Of a DNA stretch of 64,000 nucleotides, positions 54,449-64,000 are shown in pieces. The stretch's first letter is position 1. Each line of letters opens with the position of its first letter. The translations under genes and the position numbers were made by a program. Where the stretch lies: IMG/VR virus record IMGVR_UViG_3300042397_000787. One strand, written 5' to 3'. Below the pieces are notes generated by a model. The model worked only from the letters and a program-made list of their open reading frames with translations, was not told the DNA's origin and searched no databases. The DNA is from a virus.

Positions 54449-54576
54449 AGGGCCTCCATCATGATATAATCTGTTATACTACATTTTTTTGCATATGGCA
54501 ACATTTTTATTGAAAAAAGTATTTACAACTAGTGATTCTTGGTGTATAAGAAGAGTGTAGCTCTTCAAGAATAACT

Positions 54577-54939
54577 TCAATTAAGTAATCCTTTGCTTCT
54601 TAGTATTCTTGCTTGAAGCATTTCCATCTCATCAAAGTCTTCAATGTCTTCTACCGGTTCGGGGTAATTCCCCGTGTAGGAGAGATACTGTTGTAGCAGA
54701 TTTTCTTTTAAAGAGCAAGAGGTAAGTATCTCTTTGGCACTTAAAAGAAAACTTTTATCTGGTGAAATTCCAATCCATGGCTTCAAGAGAAAAGTTTCTC
54801 CGTTTATTCCGTCATGGTTGACTTGAACCGCAATGACGGCAATAGGATCGTCTAACCAATAATTATTAGGGTCTGCTAGGCGAACACTTGCTATTAGTGT
54901 TTCGCCATTTTTTAATCTTAGGACGGTCACTTCACTCAT
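54577..54939 (-). CDS. Conserved T4-like small protein (Sm-like fold likely)
   Basis: LRLKNGETLIA...PW; resembles 38654..38953. Confidence 0.6.
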   Translation of the reverse strand: MSEVTVLRLKNGETLIASVRLADPNNYWLDDPIAVIAVQVNHDGINGETFLLKPWIGISPDKSFLLSAKEILTSCSLKENLLQQYLSYTGNYPEPVEDIEDFDEMEMLQARILRSKGLLN

Positions 54940-56417
54940 AGCTTTATTCTCACTAATTTGTAGTTGAAACCTTCTTCATTATATATCTTAATTCTTTCCA
55001 CCATATGGGAAAGGGTATAGTTCTTTCGGCTCTTCCATGTTAGGTCATCACCGATATCAAATAGTCTGCACATTGTCTTGTCGGTACCCTTTCGTAGTCC
55101 TCTACCAATCGATTGTAAATTTCGGATACGCGATTTGGAAGGTGATGCAAAGATGACGTTGTGTAGATTTCTTATATTTATACCCGTTGAAAACGTGCCA
55201 TAGGACGCTATGATAATGGCATCTTTTTCTTTTTCTGTGATATCTCTAATGGCTTCTCGCTGTTGCGTATCCGTTCCACCATGGACAAAGAAAACTTGGC
55301 GAGTATCTCCAACCTTATTGTTGATTAGGTCATACAAAACTTGGCCATGCTTTTCAACAAACTGAAATAGAACAAGTGTATTACCCTTTTGAGTGGTAGC
55401 AAGGTTTTTAATCACGTTGTTGCGCTTGGGGTGTGTAACCAGCCAGTCCATTTCTTCTTGATATGTGTAGGTCTTTAGAGCCTTCTTTTCCTCGTCTGTG
55501 TAGTCCAGAAGAATACAGTGAATGTCAAGATCGGCTACTGAGCCTTGGTCCATCAGTTCCTTAGTAGAGATGACTTTCTTTACCTTACCGAACAGACCCT
55601 CAAGAATAAGTTTATGAGTCTTCATTCCATCTAATGTGCCGGTGGTACCGATACGATACTTTGTGTTGACGCACTTATCAAAGATTGATGTCAATGACTT
55701 TGCTTTAAACAAGTGGGCTTCATCGCCATAGATTACATCAAATTCATCAAAGAATTTTTTAGGTAACTTGTAGATAGACTGCCAAGTGGAGATAACAATA
55801 GAGGCTTCGTTTGACTTTTCATGGCCAGCGTAAATCTTGGCGCAGTTCTGAGATACGTACCACTCGGTGTGTGATGCATAGTCTTGAAAGTCTTTATACA
55901 TTTGTTCTACCAGTGAAGTGGTGGGAACAATGATAAGTTGTTTGCGACCGAACTGTTGATGGTATCTCATTAGTAGATAGATGATTAGAGACTTACCAGA
56001 TGCGGTAGGCGATAGTAGCAATGTGCGACCGATACGTATAGCGTATTTAACGGCTTCTAACTGGTAGTCTCTTGTCTCAATTGGCTTATCTTGGCTATGT
56101 AAGTTCAAAGATTCCGCGAACTTCTGCACATCCTCCATAGTAACTGGATCACCGATACGCTCCATGTCAACGTCTACGCTGTAGTCTAGACGCTCGGCAA
56201 ACTCTCTGAGGTATGGCAGAAGGCCAACATAAAGTTCTTTTGTCCAGATATTAAACAGTCTGGCTTTACCGTCCCATAGTTTGGCGCGATACGTTGGCAT
56301 GAAACGTGCGCCCGGGACTTCAAAAGTGAAGTAATCATTTATTTCTTGTGCAATACCTGGGTCACAATCGACCTTTAGGTGCACCTCATTTTTCTTGGAA
56401 ACTTTTAGATCACTCAC
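54936..56417 (-). CDS. uvsW: DNA helicase UvsW
   Basis: PTASGKS, DEAH, TGT, QSIGRGLR. Confidence 0.95.
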   Translation of the reverse strand: MSDLKVSKKNEVHLKVDCDPGIAQEINDYFTFEVPGARFMPTYRAKLWDGKARLFNIWTKELYVGLLPYLREFAERLDYSVDVDMERIGDPVTMEDVQKFAESLNLHSQDKPIETRDYQLEAVKYAIRIGRTLLLSPTASGKSLIIYLLMRYHQQFGRKQLIIVPTTSLVEQMYKDFQDYASHTEWYVSQNCAKIYAGHEKSNEASIVISTWQSIYKLPKKFFDEFDVIYGDEAHLFKAKSLTSIFDKCVNTKYRIGTTGTLDGMKTHKLILEGLFGKVKKVISTKELMDQGSVADLDIHCILLDYTDEEKKALKTYTYQEEMDWLVTHPKRNNVIKNLATTQKGNTLVLFQFVEKHGQVLYDLINNKVGDTRQVFFVHGGTDTQQREAIRDITEKEKDAIIIASYGTFSTGINIRNLHNVIFASPSKSRIRNLQSIGRGLRKGTDKTMCRLFDIGDDLTWKSRKNYTLSHMVERIKIYNEEGFNYKLVRIKL

Positions 56418-56854
56418 ATCAATCCGTTTGTAAATTTAGTCCACTCAATGGCATTCTTAATGTCCCATGTTCTACTATTTAGTGAGCGTATAATTTGCTC
56501 CAACTGATAGAGCAGGGCTTTAACATATTCTACTTTATCCATAGCACGAATGATATCCTCATCGCAATTGATACGATCTTCCATATCATGCTTCAATGGC
56601 TTTAGGCCTTGATACTGGTTCCAACCCTTATCTTGTAGTTCATCTAGGGTCATTTCACCGCGAAAGTATTTACCTTTATCGCGCCGTAGACGATAGTAAT
56701 CTGCTTCTGCTTTTCGCAGTTGCAGTTTAGTATTTGAAAGAATATTCAAATACTTTGCATGTAATTCTGGCGTTTTAGTGGATTCTCTACCTAGATTTAG
56801 CTCATCTATTTTAGAATCGCCTGTCCACATTTCTTGGACTTCTGATAATTTCAT
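56414..56854 (-). CDS. uvsY: Recombination mediator UvsY
   Basis: PELHAKYL, RTWDIKNAIEW. Confidence 0.9.
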   Translation of the reverse strand: MKLSEVQEMWTGDSKIDELNLGRESTKTPELHAKYLNILSNTKLQLRKAEADYYRLRRDKGKYFRGEMTLDELQDKGWNQYQGLKPLKHDMEDRINCDEDIIRAMDKVEYVKALLYQLEQIIRSLNSRTWDIKNAIEWTKFTNGLM

Positions 56855-56870
56855 AATATAACCTCAATAG

Positions 56871-57407
56871 TTATTGAATAAACTTATACATCGTATATTT
56901 AAAAGTGACCTGTGCTGTTAGATACTGGACATTACCATCACTGATATCAAATTCCAGTCCCTGTAAACTTGTTGGATAACAATCAATGAATTTAATTTCC
57001 ATGGCTTTATTTAGATCGGAATCTAGAACGATTAATGTACCATCAGAATAATCACCAGAGCTACTAAATCCTTTTTCAGTTCCGCCCCTGGCTTGTTTGA
57101 ATTCTTTATACTGGTTACGCTCTTCTGGAAAGCCTAGACCAATTAGCCAATCGTGTAACTCAATATAGTTTTGGAAGTTTTCTTGAACGATAAACTTTAT
57201 GGTCAATTCATCATACGTAAGATTGGTACCAGGAACAGTGAAGTCTACCAATGGATTGGCAACATATGCATTACCGATTGATAATGCAGGAATCATAGCA
57301 GACTGACAAAAGAAAGATACATTAGGAAGCGTGTCAATATTAAACTGAAAACCATTTGGCCTCAGATAATTTAAAGTATCCGGTGTATCTAAAATTCGTC
57401 TTGACAT
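56871..57407 (-). CDS. 3: Tail completion/sheath stabilizer (gp3)
   Basis: NYLRPNGF, FFCQ, NYIELHDWL, SDGTL, YPTSL. Confidence 0.85.
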   Translation of the reverse strand: MSRRILDTPDTLNYLRPNGFQFNIDTLPNVSFFCQSAMIPALSIGNAYVANPLVDFTVPGTNLTYDELTIKFIVQENFQNYIELHDWLIGLGFPEERNQYKEFKQARGGTEKGFSSSGDYSDGTLIVLDSDLNKAMEIKFIDCYPTSLQGLEFDISDGNVQYLTAQVTFKYTMYKFIQ

Positions 57408-57423
57408 ATCTTTCTCCGTCTAT

Positions 57424-57431
57424 TATTTATA
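57424..57431 (-). promoter_or_regulatory. T4-type late promoter TATAAATA
   Basis: Exact consensus upstream of gp3. Confidence 0.7.
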
Positions 57432-57434
57432 ACG

Positions 57435-57462
57435 AAAAAGGGGAGAGCATTTCTGCTCCCCC
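57435..57462 (-). terminator. Rho-independent terminator after the major capsid gene
   Basis: GGGGGAGCA-GAAA-TGCTCTCCC hairpin followed by TTTTT. Confidence 0.85.
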
Positions 57463-57501
57463 CAGTTTTTTGCAACCCTTCCTCTAATGGGAAGGTATCG
57501 A

Positions 57502-58794
57502 TTACATAAGGTTAGTAACCTTAACGCGACGATAGTATTGGTTACGGTTGGCAGTGAATGTATCACCGTCAGTTGTGCCGTTCGACTGTGTTACGTATGG
57601 GTTAGCAATCATGCCGTAACGTGTCTTGAAGCCAATCTTTGGCTGGAAGCTGTTAGGGTCGATAGCACGAACCATTTGTAGTGGAACGTATGGGCAATAG
57701 AAGAGACCAGCATCATATGCTGTAGCGCCCTTATAACCAACAACGTAGAACTGGCTAGCAGCGCCTGTGTTAGCTGAGTAAGGGTCGATGTAAACCTTCT
57801 TACCACCGATTGTACCAACAAAGGTGTTACCTGTGTCGTCCGACTCAAGAGTTGGCGAACCTTGTAGGGCGCGACCAGTGTCAAGAACACCAGCCATAGC
57901 TAGAGCAGCCGCAACATCTGACGAACAGATGATGAAGTTACCCTTACCACGACGGGTATCTTGTGCGATTACGTTAGCGTCACGTTCGATGTTGAACAGA
58001 AGACCCTTGAAACGCTCAACGCTCCAACGACCGTTCGAGTCAACGTCAAGGTCGAAAGTACCAGCTGTTGCTGTTGAAGCAGCACCGGTCTTAGCAACCT
58101 TGTAGATTGTGCGAACAACTTCACGGTTGATTTCGTTCAGAATTTCTTGCGAAAGAATGTTCGAAAGTTCTGATTCAGCATCAAGACCGTGAATAGCCTT
58201 AAGATCCTGTGCCAGTTCAACTGTGTATTCTGCCTTTAGAGCGCGTGTCTTAGCAGTAACAGTTGTCTTTTCGATGCTGAATGCCATTTCGCCGAAATCG
58301 CCGTCACCTTCGCCGCCAGCGCCTAGACGTTCTGCCGCAGAAGTAGCCAAGCCAGTACCTGTGGTGTAGCTACCGTCAACTGGGTTCGAACCAGCGTGAG
58401 TACCAGTACCAGAGAAGTCTGTATCGGCTTCGTTGAAGAGAGCTTCTGTGCCGTCTTGTGTGCTGTAGTTTGACTTCATAGCGAAGATCAAGCCAGTTGG
58501 GCCAGTCATCGGCTGAACGCCAGCTACGTCATAAGCCATTAGGTTAGGAAGAGCGCGACGAACGAGCGAGATGAGAATTGGGTCATAACGGTCGATGTTT
58601 GCTGCACCCGAACCAGCAATGTTATTTGCTGGAGCGTCTTCGAAAAGTGCAGACTTTTCTTCGCGTAGGGCCTTTTCTTGGTTTTCAAGAACGACGGCTG
58701 TAACTGCGCGACGGTAGTTGTCCTTAATCTCGCCGAGACCGCCGTGATTTAGAACAGGTTCCCACTTCTTCTGTAGTTGTTCTGAAAGAAACAT
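57502..58794 (-). CDS. 23: Major capsid protein (gp23)
   Basis: GVQPMTGPTGLIFA, ELAQDLKAIHGLDAE, FQPKIGFKTRYG. Confidence 0.98.
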   Translation of the reverse strand: MFLSEQLQKKWEPVLNHGGLGEIKDNYRRAVTAVVLENQEKALREEKSALFEDAPANNIAGSGAANIDRYDPILISLVRRALPNLMAYDVAGVQPMTGPTGLIFAMKSNYSTQDGTEALFNEADTDFSGTGTHAGSNPVDGSYTTGTGLATSAAERLGAGGEGDGDFGEMAFSIEKTTVTAKTRALKAEYTVELAQDLKAIHGLDAESELSNILSQEILNEINREVVRTIYKVAKTGAASTATAGTFDLDVDSNGRWSVERFKGLLFNIERDANVIAQDTRRGKGNFIICSSDVAAALAMAGVLDTGRALQGSPTLESDDTGNTFVGTIGGKKVYIDPYSANTGAASQFYVVGYKGATAYDAGLFYCPYVPLQMVRAIDPNSFQPKIGFKTRYGMIANPYVTQSNGTTDGDTFTANRNQYYRRVKVTNLM

Positions 58795-58824
58795 TTAGTT
58801 TTCTCCTTGTGTGTCAATATCTTT

Positions 58825-58832
58825 TATTTATA
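58825..58832 (-). promoter_or_regulatory. T4-type late promoter TATAAATA
   Basis: Exact consensus upstream of gp23. Confidence 0.75.
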
Positions 58833-58837
58833 AAAAA

Positions 58838-59998
58838 TTACTTTTGAGCAGCAATCTTATCCAGTGCTTGGACATACTTACTGACTGTCGATTCGTCTAA
58901 GACTTCCACGCCTTCATCTTCTAGTTTGTCTTCCACGATAGTAGTTGACTTAGAAGCAGGGAAATAATTTTCCTTGATGACGTTTAGCTTTTCTTCAAAG
59001 ATGTCTGCGTTCTCGAATTCTACATCAGCTACCAACGACTTAAACTTTTCAGCATCGGTCTTTGCAAGGTCCTCAGAAACAACGGCGAAAACGCCTTGCT
59101 TCAAAAGAGCTACATTGTTATTGTGCAGTTCTACATTTGCAGAAATTTGTTCGTCCAACTTAGCAGATACTTCTTCTAGTTGGGCTTGCATTTCACCAAG
59201 CACATCATATTTCTCTTCGGGAACATCAATGTAATGTTCTGCGAACAGGTTCTTCATGCTGTTGATGAATGATTCCGCGATGTCGGTGCGAAGACCATTT
59301 TCAACAGCAAGTGCGTTGTCTTCAACCCACTTTTCAATTACATAACCAAGATAAGAATCGACCTTCTCGGTCAAGTCGGCCTTGAACTCTTCCATCAATT
59401 CAGCCGCTTCAGAGATTAGACTTTCTTCGATTTGCTGAACTTGATTGGATACACGGGCAGTTACCATTGCTTCAAAGAGCGACGATGCTTTGCCACGGAA
59501 TTCTTCTGATAGGTCTTCGTTACCATCAAAGAGAGTAGCGAGATCAGTAGTGAAATCTTCTTCGATCATTTCGCCATCTTCCTCTGTTTCTTCTTGATGA
59601 ACATTACCTCTTGACGATGCCATGTTTACAACCGAAGTTGGGTCACTATGGGTCGTGAAGTTAGGTGCTGCACCGGCGCCGCCCTGAGAAAGTGTAGCCT
59701 GATTGCTGGAAACTGGAGCAGCTTCCTTAGCACCTGGATTATCAGTTTCTTCATCACGCTCACTGGAAATAGTAGCATCTTGTGAATCGCCTTGGCGAGG
59801 TTGAGTTTGATCGCCTGCAACCTTAGCTGGGATGGATGTATCCTTACCACCGGCAGCGCCTAGTTTGCCAGCAGCAGGTGCGTCTTCGGAAGAACCCTGT
59901 TTAGGGTTAGTTGCATCACCTGCAACCTTCTCATCTAGAACTTCCTCGGATAGTTGCTTCTTAGTTAGCAACTCTCTGATTTTGTTTTCTACACTCAT
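58838..59998 (-). CDS. 22: Prohead core scaffold (gp22)
   Basis: LSEEFRGKA..LFEA, VDSYLGYV, ENYF; position between gp21 and gp23. Confidence 0.92.
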   Translation of the reverse strand: MSVENKIRELLTKKQLSEEVLDEKVAGDATNPKQGSSEDAPAAGKLGAAGGKDTSIPAKVAGDQTQPRQGDSQDATISSERDEETDNPGAKEAAPVSSNQATLSQGGAGAAPNFTTHSDPTSVVNMASSRGNVHQEETEEDGEMIEEDFTTDLATLFDGNEDLSEEFRGKASSLFEAMVTARVSNQVQQIEESLISEAAELMEEFKADLTEKVDSYLGYVIEKWVEDNALAVENGLRTDIAESFINSMKNLFAEHYIDVPEEKYDVLGEMQAQLEEVSAKLDEQISANVELHNNNVALLKQGVFAVVSEDLAKTDAEKFKSLVADVEFENADIFEEKLNVIKENYFPASKSTTIVEDKLEDEGVEVLDESTVSKYVQALDKIAAQK

Positions 59999-60027
59999 TT
60001 GCGTCTCCTAAATGGATTTTTATATTC

Positions 60028-60035
60028 TATTTATA
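60028..60035 (-). promoter_or_regulatory. T4-type late promoter TATAAATA
   Basis: Exact consensus upstream of gp22. Confidence 0.75.
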
Positions 60036-60041
60036 AAAATA

Positions 60042-60698
60042 TTACTTTGAAGAAAGATGACGCAAGAAACGTTCAAAGATTTGGATCTTTGCTTCTTCAA
60101 GTTGTTTCTTACTTGCTTTCTTAATATACTTCTTAGACATATCGCAATGCTGTTCGGTCCAAACACCATTCACAACTAGCCATTCTTTATTTTCCATGAT
60201 ACCACGAACAAAGGCATCTGGTGCTGAAGGGTCAGCTACGATATCAGCCGCTGTTGCTAGATGAAAATCATCTTGCACAACTTGAACGCCGTCTCTGTTT
60301 TCCTTCAAAGTACCGAGGCCTCTTGACGAAACGCCAAGTTGACCGCCAGACTCAATTAGACCACGAGCGATATTGCCCATTGGTGTTTCTGTTAGTTTCG
60401 CTTTACCAATCCAGTTATCACCATCTTGGCGAAGTTCTGTAATGATATGCGATACTCTATCTAGATTGATTGATGGACCATCTGGATGTCCCAATTCACC
60501 AAAGGCTCTATTGTTCTCAACTGCTTCCTTCATGTAACGATTGATTTCTTTACCCATGATGTCTCCTGGGTACATACGGCCGTTACGATTTTTAATGTTG
60601 GACTGCAGGAAAACACCCTCGATATAGAGAGTCTTTTTACCTTCTTTTTCTTCTGTGATATAACGAACTTGTTCGTTGACTTCGGTAATAAGTTTCAT
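60042..60698 (-). CDS. 21: Prohead protease (gp21)
   Basis: NRNGRMY, GELGHP, GVSSRG, DIVADPSAP. Confidence 0.96.
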   Translation of the reverse strand: MKLITEVNEQVRYITEEKEGKKTLYIEGVFLQSNIKNRNGRMYPGDIMGKEINRYMKEAVENNRAFGELGHPDGPSINLDRVSHIITELRQDGDNWIGKAKLTETPMGNIARGLIESGGQLGVSSRGLGTLKENRDGVQVVQDDFHLATAADIVADPSAPDAFVRGIMENKEWLVVNGVWTEQHCDMSKKYIKKASKKQLEEAKIQIFERFLRHLSSK

Positions 60699-61075
60699 TA
60701 GCCTAGGTCTCCTTGATCTTGATGTTGTTGTGGACCATAACCGGAAACCTTAGCAAGTTCTAGGACTACTGCACCTGAGCCAGAAGAAAAGTCAACTACA
60801 ATATCTGAGCCATTTTCTTCGTTGTCTGACCAGCCCAAGAATTCCATCTTGCCTGTACCAGAAAGATAATATAGAACTTCACTGTCTCTAGTAACCGTAG
60901 CGGTATCTCCATCTGACATTCCCCAATGAATGGTACGAATGTTTACTTTAGGTGAAGACTGTGTTTCAGATGTCTTCTTTAGGTCGGTAGCAAGGGCAAT
61001 AGTGGCAGACCCAGTCCCGCGCACTTTCACCACGCCATGAACTTGTGTTAGTTTTAGAATTGCTTTAGTCGCCAT
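60698..61075 (-). CDS. Conserved head-region protein
   Basis: Coupled upstream of gp21; VLELAKVSGY. Confidence 0.65.
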   Translation of the reverse strand: MATKAILKLTQVHGVVKVRGTGSATIALATDLKKTSETQSSPKVNIRTIHWGMSDGDTATVTRDSEVLYYLSGTGKMEFLGWSDNEENGSDIVVDFSSGSGAVVLELAKVSGYGPQQHQDQGDLG

Positions 61076-61091
61076 TTACTATTCCCTTTAA

Positions 61092-61565
61092 TTATTTCTT
61101 CTTACCGCGAAGAAGTTTAAAATCGTGTCCGTCAACTTTACCATTCTTATTGGCGTCAATCTTATGCTGATCGCCCTTTAGTTCTTCGTCAGTCTGTTCT
61201 ACTTCTTCGTTGGCTTTCTTAGCCCTCTCAATTGTTTTGAGCGCACGCATAGAACCCATCATGTCTTTGTTCATCTTGGCAAAAGACTGTGGTTTCTTTA
61301 ACGAGCTGGATTTACCATCTGCACTAGTATTATAATCTCTTTCGTGCTTTCCTTTTAGGTAACGATTCGCCATATCGGAAGAGATTTCATCGATTGTTTC
61401 GACTTCTTCGTTCGACAACTTGGCAGCAATAGCCATCTGACGGCGCTTCTCGTCGCTCTTACCCTTGAATTGAGGAGCATCGGAGTCCTTGAAGTCTTTG
61501 ATAACATCACCCATCTTGGCTTTCGCCATGTTGATGCGCTCTTGAAGTTGTTTATAGGTCTTCAT
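61092..61565 (-). CDS. Prohead core/internal protein (gp68 position), modular
   Basis: MKTYKQLQE capsid-targeting-like start; SDAPQFKGKS module; DANKNGKVDGHDF EF-hand-like module. Confidence 0.7.
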   Translation of the reverse strand: MKTYKQLQERINMAKAKMGDVIKDFKDSDAPQFKGKSDEKRRQMAIAAKLSNEEVETIDEISSDMANRYLKGKHERDYNTSADGKSSSLKKPQSFAKMNKDMMGSMRALKTIERAKKANEEVEQTDEELKGDQHKIDANKNGKVDGHDFKLLRGKKK

Positions 61566-61812
61566 CGGTGTCCTCTATTTCTTCTAAATCGCCATGGTCA
61601 TTTTCGTCGGTTACTTCGTAGTGATCGAAATCTTCGACATCATTATCTTCTGGCGTATCGTTATAAATTCCAGCTGCCATATCTTGTCGCATTTGATCTA
61701 ATTGTTCGCCTGCTTTAAGGTCCATAATATCATTAAAAACTTGTTCGGCATCTGCAAAGGTGCCGCTTTCAATGTTATTTATTAAGTCACTAATGTTACT
61801 GTTGTCCATCAT
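61552..61812 (-). CDS. Prohead core protein (gp67-like)
   Basis: Small acidic protein directly downstream of portal. Confidence 0.7.
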   Translation of the reverse strand: MMDNSNISDLINNIESGTFADAEQVFNDIMDLKAGEQLDQMRQDMAAGIYNDTPEDNDVEDFDHYEVTDENDHGDLEEIEDTDEDL

Positions 61813-63370
61813 CTTGTCCTTGGTTTTGCTGTTGATCCGCTGCTGGCGGTTCACCCTCTAGTGAAGAAAAATCGGGCGGCGAAACTTCAGGAGGACTTGC
61901 ATCATTTTGCTTCTTAATCTCACCAATTTCGTCGTCCGACAATTTAAGAATTTTATCTTGAACATACTCTCTACTATACATTGTGCCGATAAACGGTGCA
62001 ACACCTTGAAGAATTTCAACTCTAGACTGTAGAATTTGTTGTTCTTTGGATTCTGTATAGAAAGCATCGGTTGCAAAAACATACTTGATATCATATCTCA
62101 TCTTTTCCCAATCGGCTTCGGTAATGATACCTTTGAGAATAAGTTGGGTCTTTAGTAGATCATCAAATAGAAGTGTGAAACGACGGCGCAGTTTAGAAAT
62201 AAACTTTGTAAACTTCCATTCGTCTCTATTGATTTCAGCAGCACGACCAAAGTTAAGGCCAGTTTGCTGTTCAAGTCTTGACATCGGAACGTTCAACGCT
62301 TGATATAGTTTGCGCTGAAAGTATTCGATGTCTCCCATTTCGCCTAAACCCTGACCACCTGGTAGAGTTTCAATCTGTGTTCCTCTGCCACCTTCGCGGC
62401 GAGGCAACCAGAAATCTTCAAGCATTGACATAAACTTTTTATCATCACGGATTTCGCCAGTCTGAGAATCGTAAACAACCTTGTTACGATACTGGTTCAT
62501 GATACCCTTGAGATACTGTTCGGCTTTAATCTTTGGAAGATTGCCAACATCAACGTAGAATACACGGCGCTCTGGCGCTCTCGTGATACGATAGATGACT
62601 GCGGCATTTTCCATCATACGCAACTGATTTGCTGGGCGAATAGCCTTATGCAAATAAGAAAGCGGCATATTTCTGTCCATGTCCTTCAAGCCAGAAGGAA
62701 CAAAGCAGATAGAATCTTTTTCGATGCGCATGGTGGCACCGGCGGTAGCAGAGATTGAGGCAGCTGGCGTAAAAGTTTTGTTTGGAACTAGGCCGCGTTC
62801 ATTGTATATAAAATATTCTTTAATCTCTTTAATGAACTCTACGCCTGTTTTTGTATCCTTTTCTTTTAGGATCTCTCTCATCTTCTTAATTTTTCTTGGG
62901 TCAATATAGCGAATGTCTGCTAGACCCTTCTTTAGATTTGCAGTATCAACAACTTTATGGAAGAACAATCTTCCGTCAATGTACCAATGTCTAAAGTAAT
63001 CTTGCGCTCTTAGATTGAAGTCCAACATGTTAAGTAGCAGTTGAAATTCATCTTGCACCATTTTTTTAATATTCTTTGACAATTCTACTTCGTCAAGATC
63101 AATTTTTACTGGAACTTCATCGTCAAGATTTGCAATTGAATCGTTTACGATATCATCAATAGCAGTATCGATATCTGCCATCATAGAAATTTCACGATAC
63201 TTACGAATTAATTCTATTTCATTATTTGCGGTGCCATCGATATCGATGTATGTGCCATAGTAGCCACCGGCTCTGATAGTTTCTACACCACCATCGTCCG
63301 TTGGCGCCACAAACGATTTCTCAGTTTGTGACGCCGTAGACTTTTCAATTTTATAACCAAATATCTGCAT
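61796..63370 (-). CDS. 20: Portal protein (gp20)
   Basis: WYIDGR, YRITRAPERRVFY, EDFWLPRREGGRGT. Confidence 0.97.
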   Translation of the reverse strand: MQIFGYKIEKSTASQTEKSFVAPTDDGGVETIRAGGYYGTYIDIDGTANNEIELIRKYREISMMADIDTAIDDIVNDSIANLDDEVPVKIDLDEVELSKNIKKMVQDEFQLLLNMLDFNLRAQDYFRHWYIDGRLFFHKVVDTANLKKGLADIRYIDPRKIKKMREILKEKDTKTGVEFIKEIKEYFIYNERGLVPNKTFTPAASISATAGATMRIEKDSICFVPSGLKDMDRNMPLSYLHKAIRPANQLRMMENAAVIYRITRAPERRVFYVDVGNLPKIKAEQYLKGIMNQYRNKVVYDSQTGEIRDDKKFMSMLEDFWLPRREGGRGTQIETLPGGQGLGEMGDIEYFQRKLYQALNVPMSRLEQQTGLNFGRAAEINRDEWKFTKFISKLRRRFTLLFDDLLKTQLILKGIITEADWEKMRYDIKYVFATDAFYTESKEQQILQSRVEILQGVAPFIGTMYSREYVQDKILKLSDDEIGEIKKQNDASPPEVSPPDFSSLEGEPPAADQQQNQGQDDGQQ

Positions 63371-63393
63371 TAAATTATCCTAGTTGGATGGAA

Positions 63394-63906
63394 TTATGCA
63401 GTCAGATAATGTGAGTAGTTAAAGGTTACGGTGAACTCTTCAATTACGTCATTCTGACCATACTGTAAACCAATTTCCGACATGTTAATCGGGAAAGCAT
63501 TATAAAGAACATACGTCATAAGTGGATCGTCATTACGATCTAGATGTTCTACTGACATATCAACTTGATAGTCAATTGGATTTAGAATACCAGTGTTGGC
63601 TTCTAGATCATTCATACCATTCATCCACTCTTCGAATGGGCGACGAAGCGACATAGCAGTGTCGTTGACAACTGTGATTGTGAACGGATCAAAGATACGC
63701 TCACCTGCCAACTTAACTTCGCGGCCGCGGTATTGAATGATTGTTGGGTTTACTGTTGACGCAGGAAGTGCTGCACCAGTAACTAGTAACGAGTATTCTG
63801 TATCCGGTACCGAAGAAACGTAGCCTGGGAATGTTAGAATAACACGGAACTGGTTTGGTCTAGCACCGCCAGCCCCTAGTAACCCTTTAAATTTTGAAAT
63901 ATCCAT
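63394..63906 (-). CDS. 19: Tail tube protein (gp19)
   Basis: GGARPNQF, RGREVKLAGER, IEEFTVTF. Confidence 0.95.
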   Translation of the reverse strand: MDISKFKGLLGAGGARPNQFRVILTFPGYVSSVPDTEYSLLVTGAALPASTVNPTIIQYRGREVKLAGERIFDPFTITVVNDTAMSLRRPFEEWMNGMNDLEANTGILNPIDYQVDMSVEHLDRNDDPLMTYVLYNAFPINMSEIGLQYGQNDVIEEFTVTFNYSHYLTA

Positions 63907-63939
63907 TTATAAATCTCCTATTTCTATTTAGTCGGGTTA

Positions 63940-64000
63940 TTAGGCGCCAACTTCTGTGAACGATACTGAGGTACGAACCGCAACAAAGTTCAGATAGATG
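63940..64000 (-). CDS. 18: Tail sheath protein (gp18), C-terminal fragment
   Basis: IYLNFVAVRTSVSFTEVGA-stop. Confidence 0.85.
   Translation of the reverse strand, partial: IYLNFVAVRTSVSFTEVGA

Overview
This 64-kb window comes from a T4-like myovirus genome, and essentially every gene is on the minus strand. The host is probably an alphaproteobacterium (GapR/DUF2312, IbpA-type Hsp20 with a ROSE-like leader, GANTC-containing promoters, probable leaderless starts). From window end to start it contains: tail sheath (partial), tail tube, portal, prohead core, protease, scaffold, major capsid, gp3, UvsY, UvsW, gp55, exonuclease, gp47/gp46, PDF, ClpP-like protease, a CobT/CobS-like pair, gp45/44/62, RegA, Hsp20, DNA polymerase, UvsX, helicase, a late block (putative capsid-internal polyproteins, Dps, spanins, holin, dual-domain endolysin), primase, ThyX, NrdA/Grx/NrdB, RNase H and SpeD. 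It ends in a 6.6-kb RNA operon holding 14 cloverleaf tRNAs, one rearranged tRNA-like gene and three further structured ncRNAs, interleaved with two paralogous adenylate-forming enzymes and a methyltransferase. The most unusual items are: (i) a tRNA-Arg(ACG)-like gene with no D-arm in the normal position and a D-loop-like segment 3' of the anticodon arm; (ii) a YrlA/Y-RNA-like permuted tRNA mimic and other structured RNAs next to ANL-family ligases; (iii) modular virion polyproteins with predicted gp21-cleavable linkers, one sharing an identical 24-bp DNA core across 35 kb, plus a His-rich ligase-like/nucleotidyltransferase pair. All calls come from reading motifs and folding by hand; no database searches were run.
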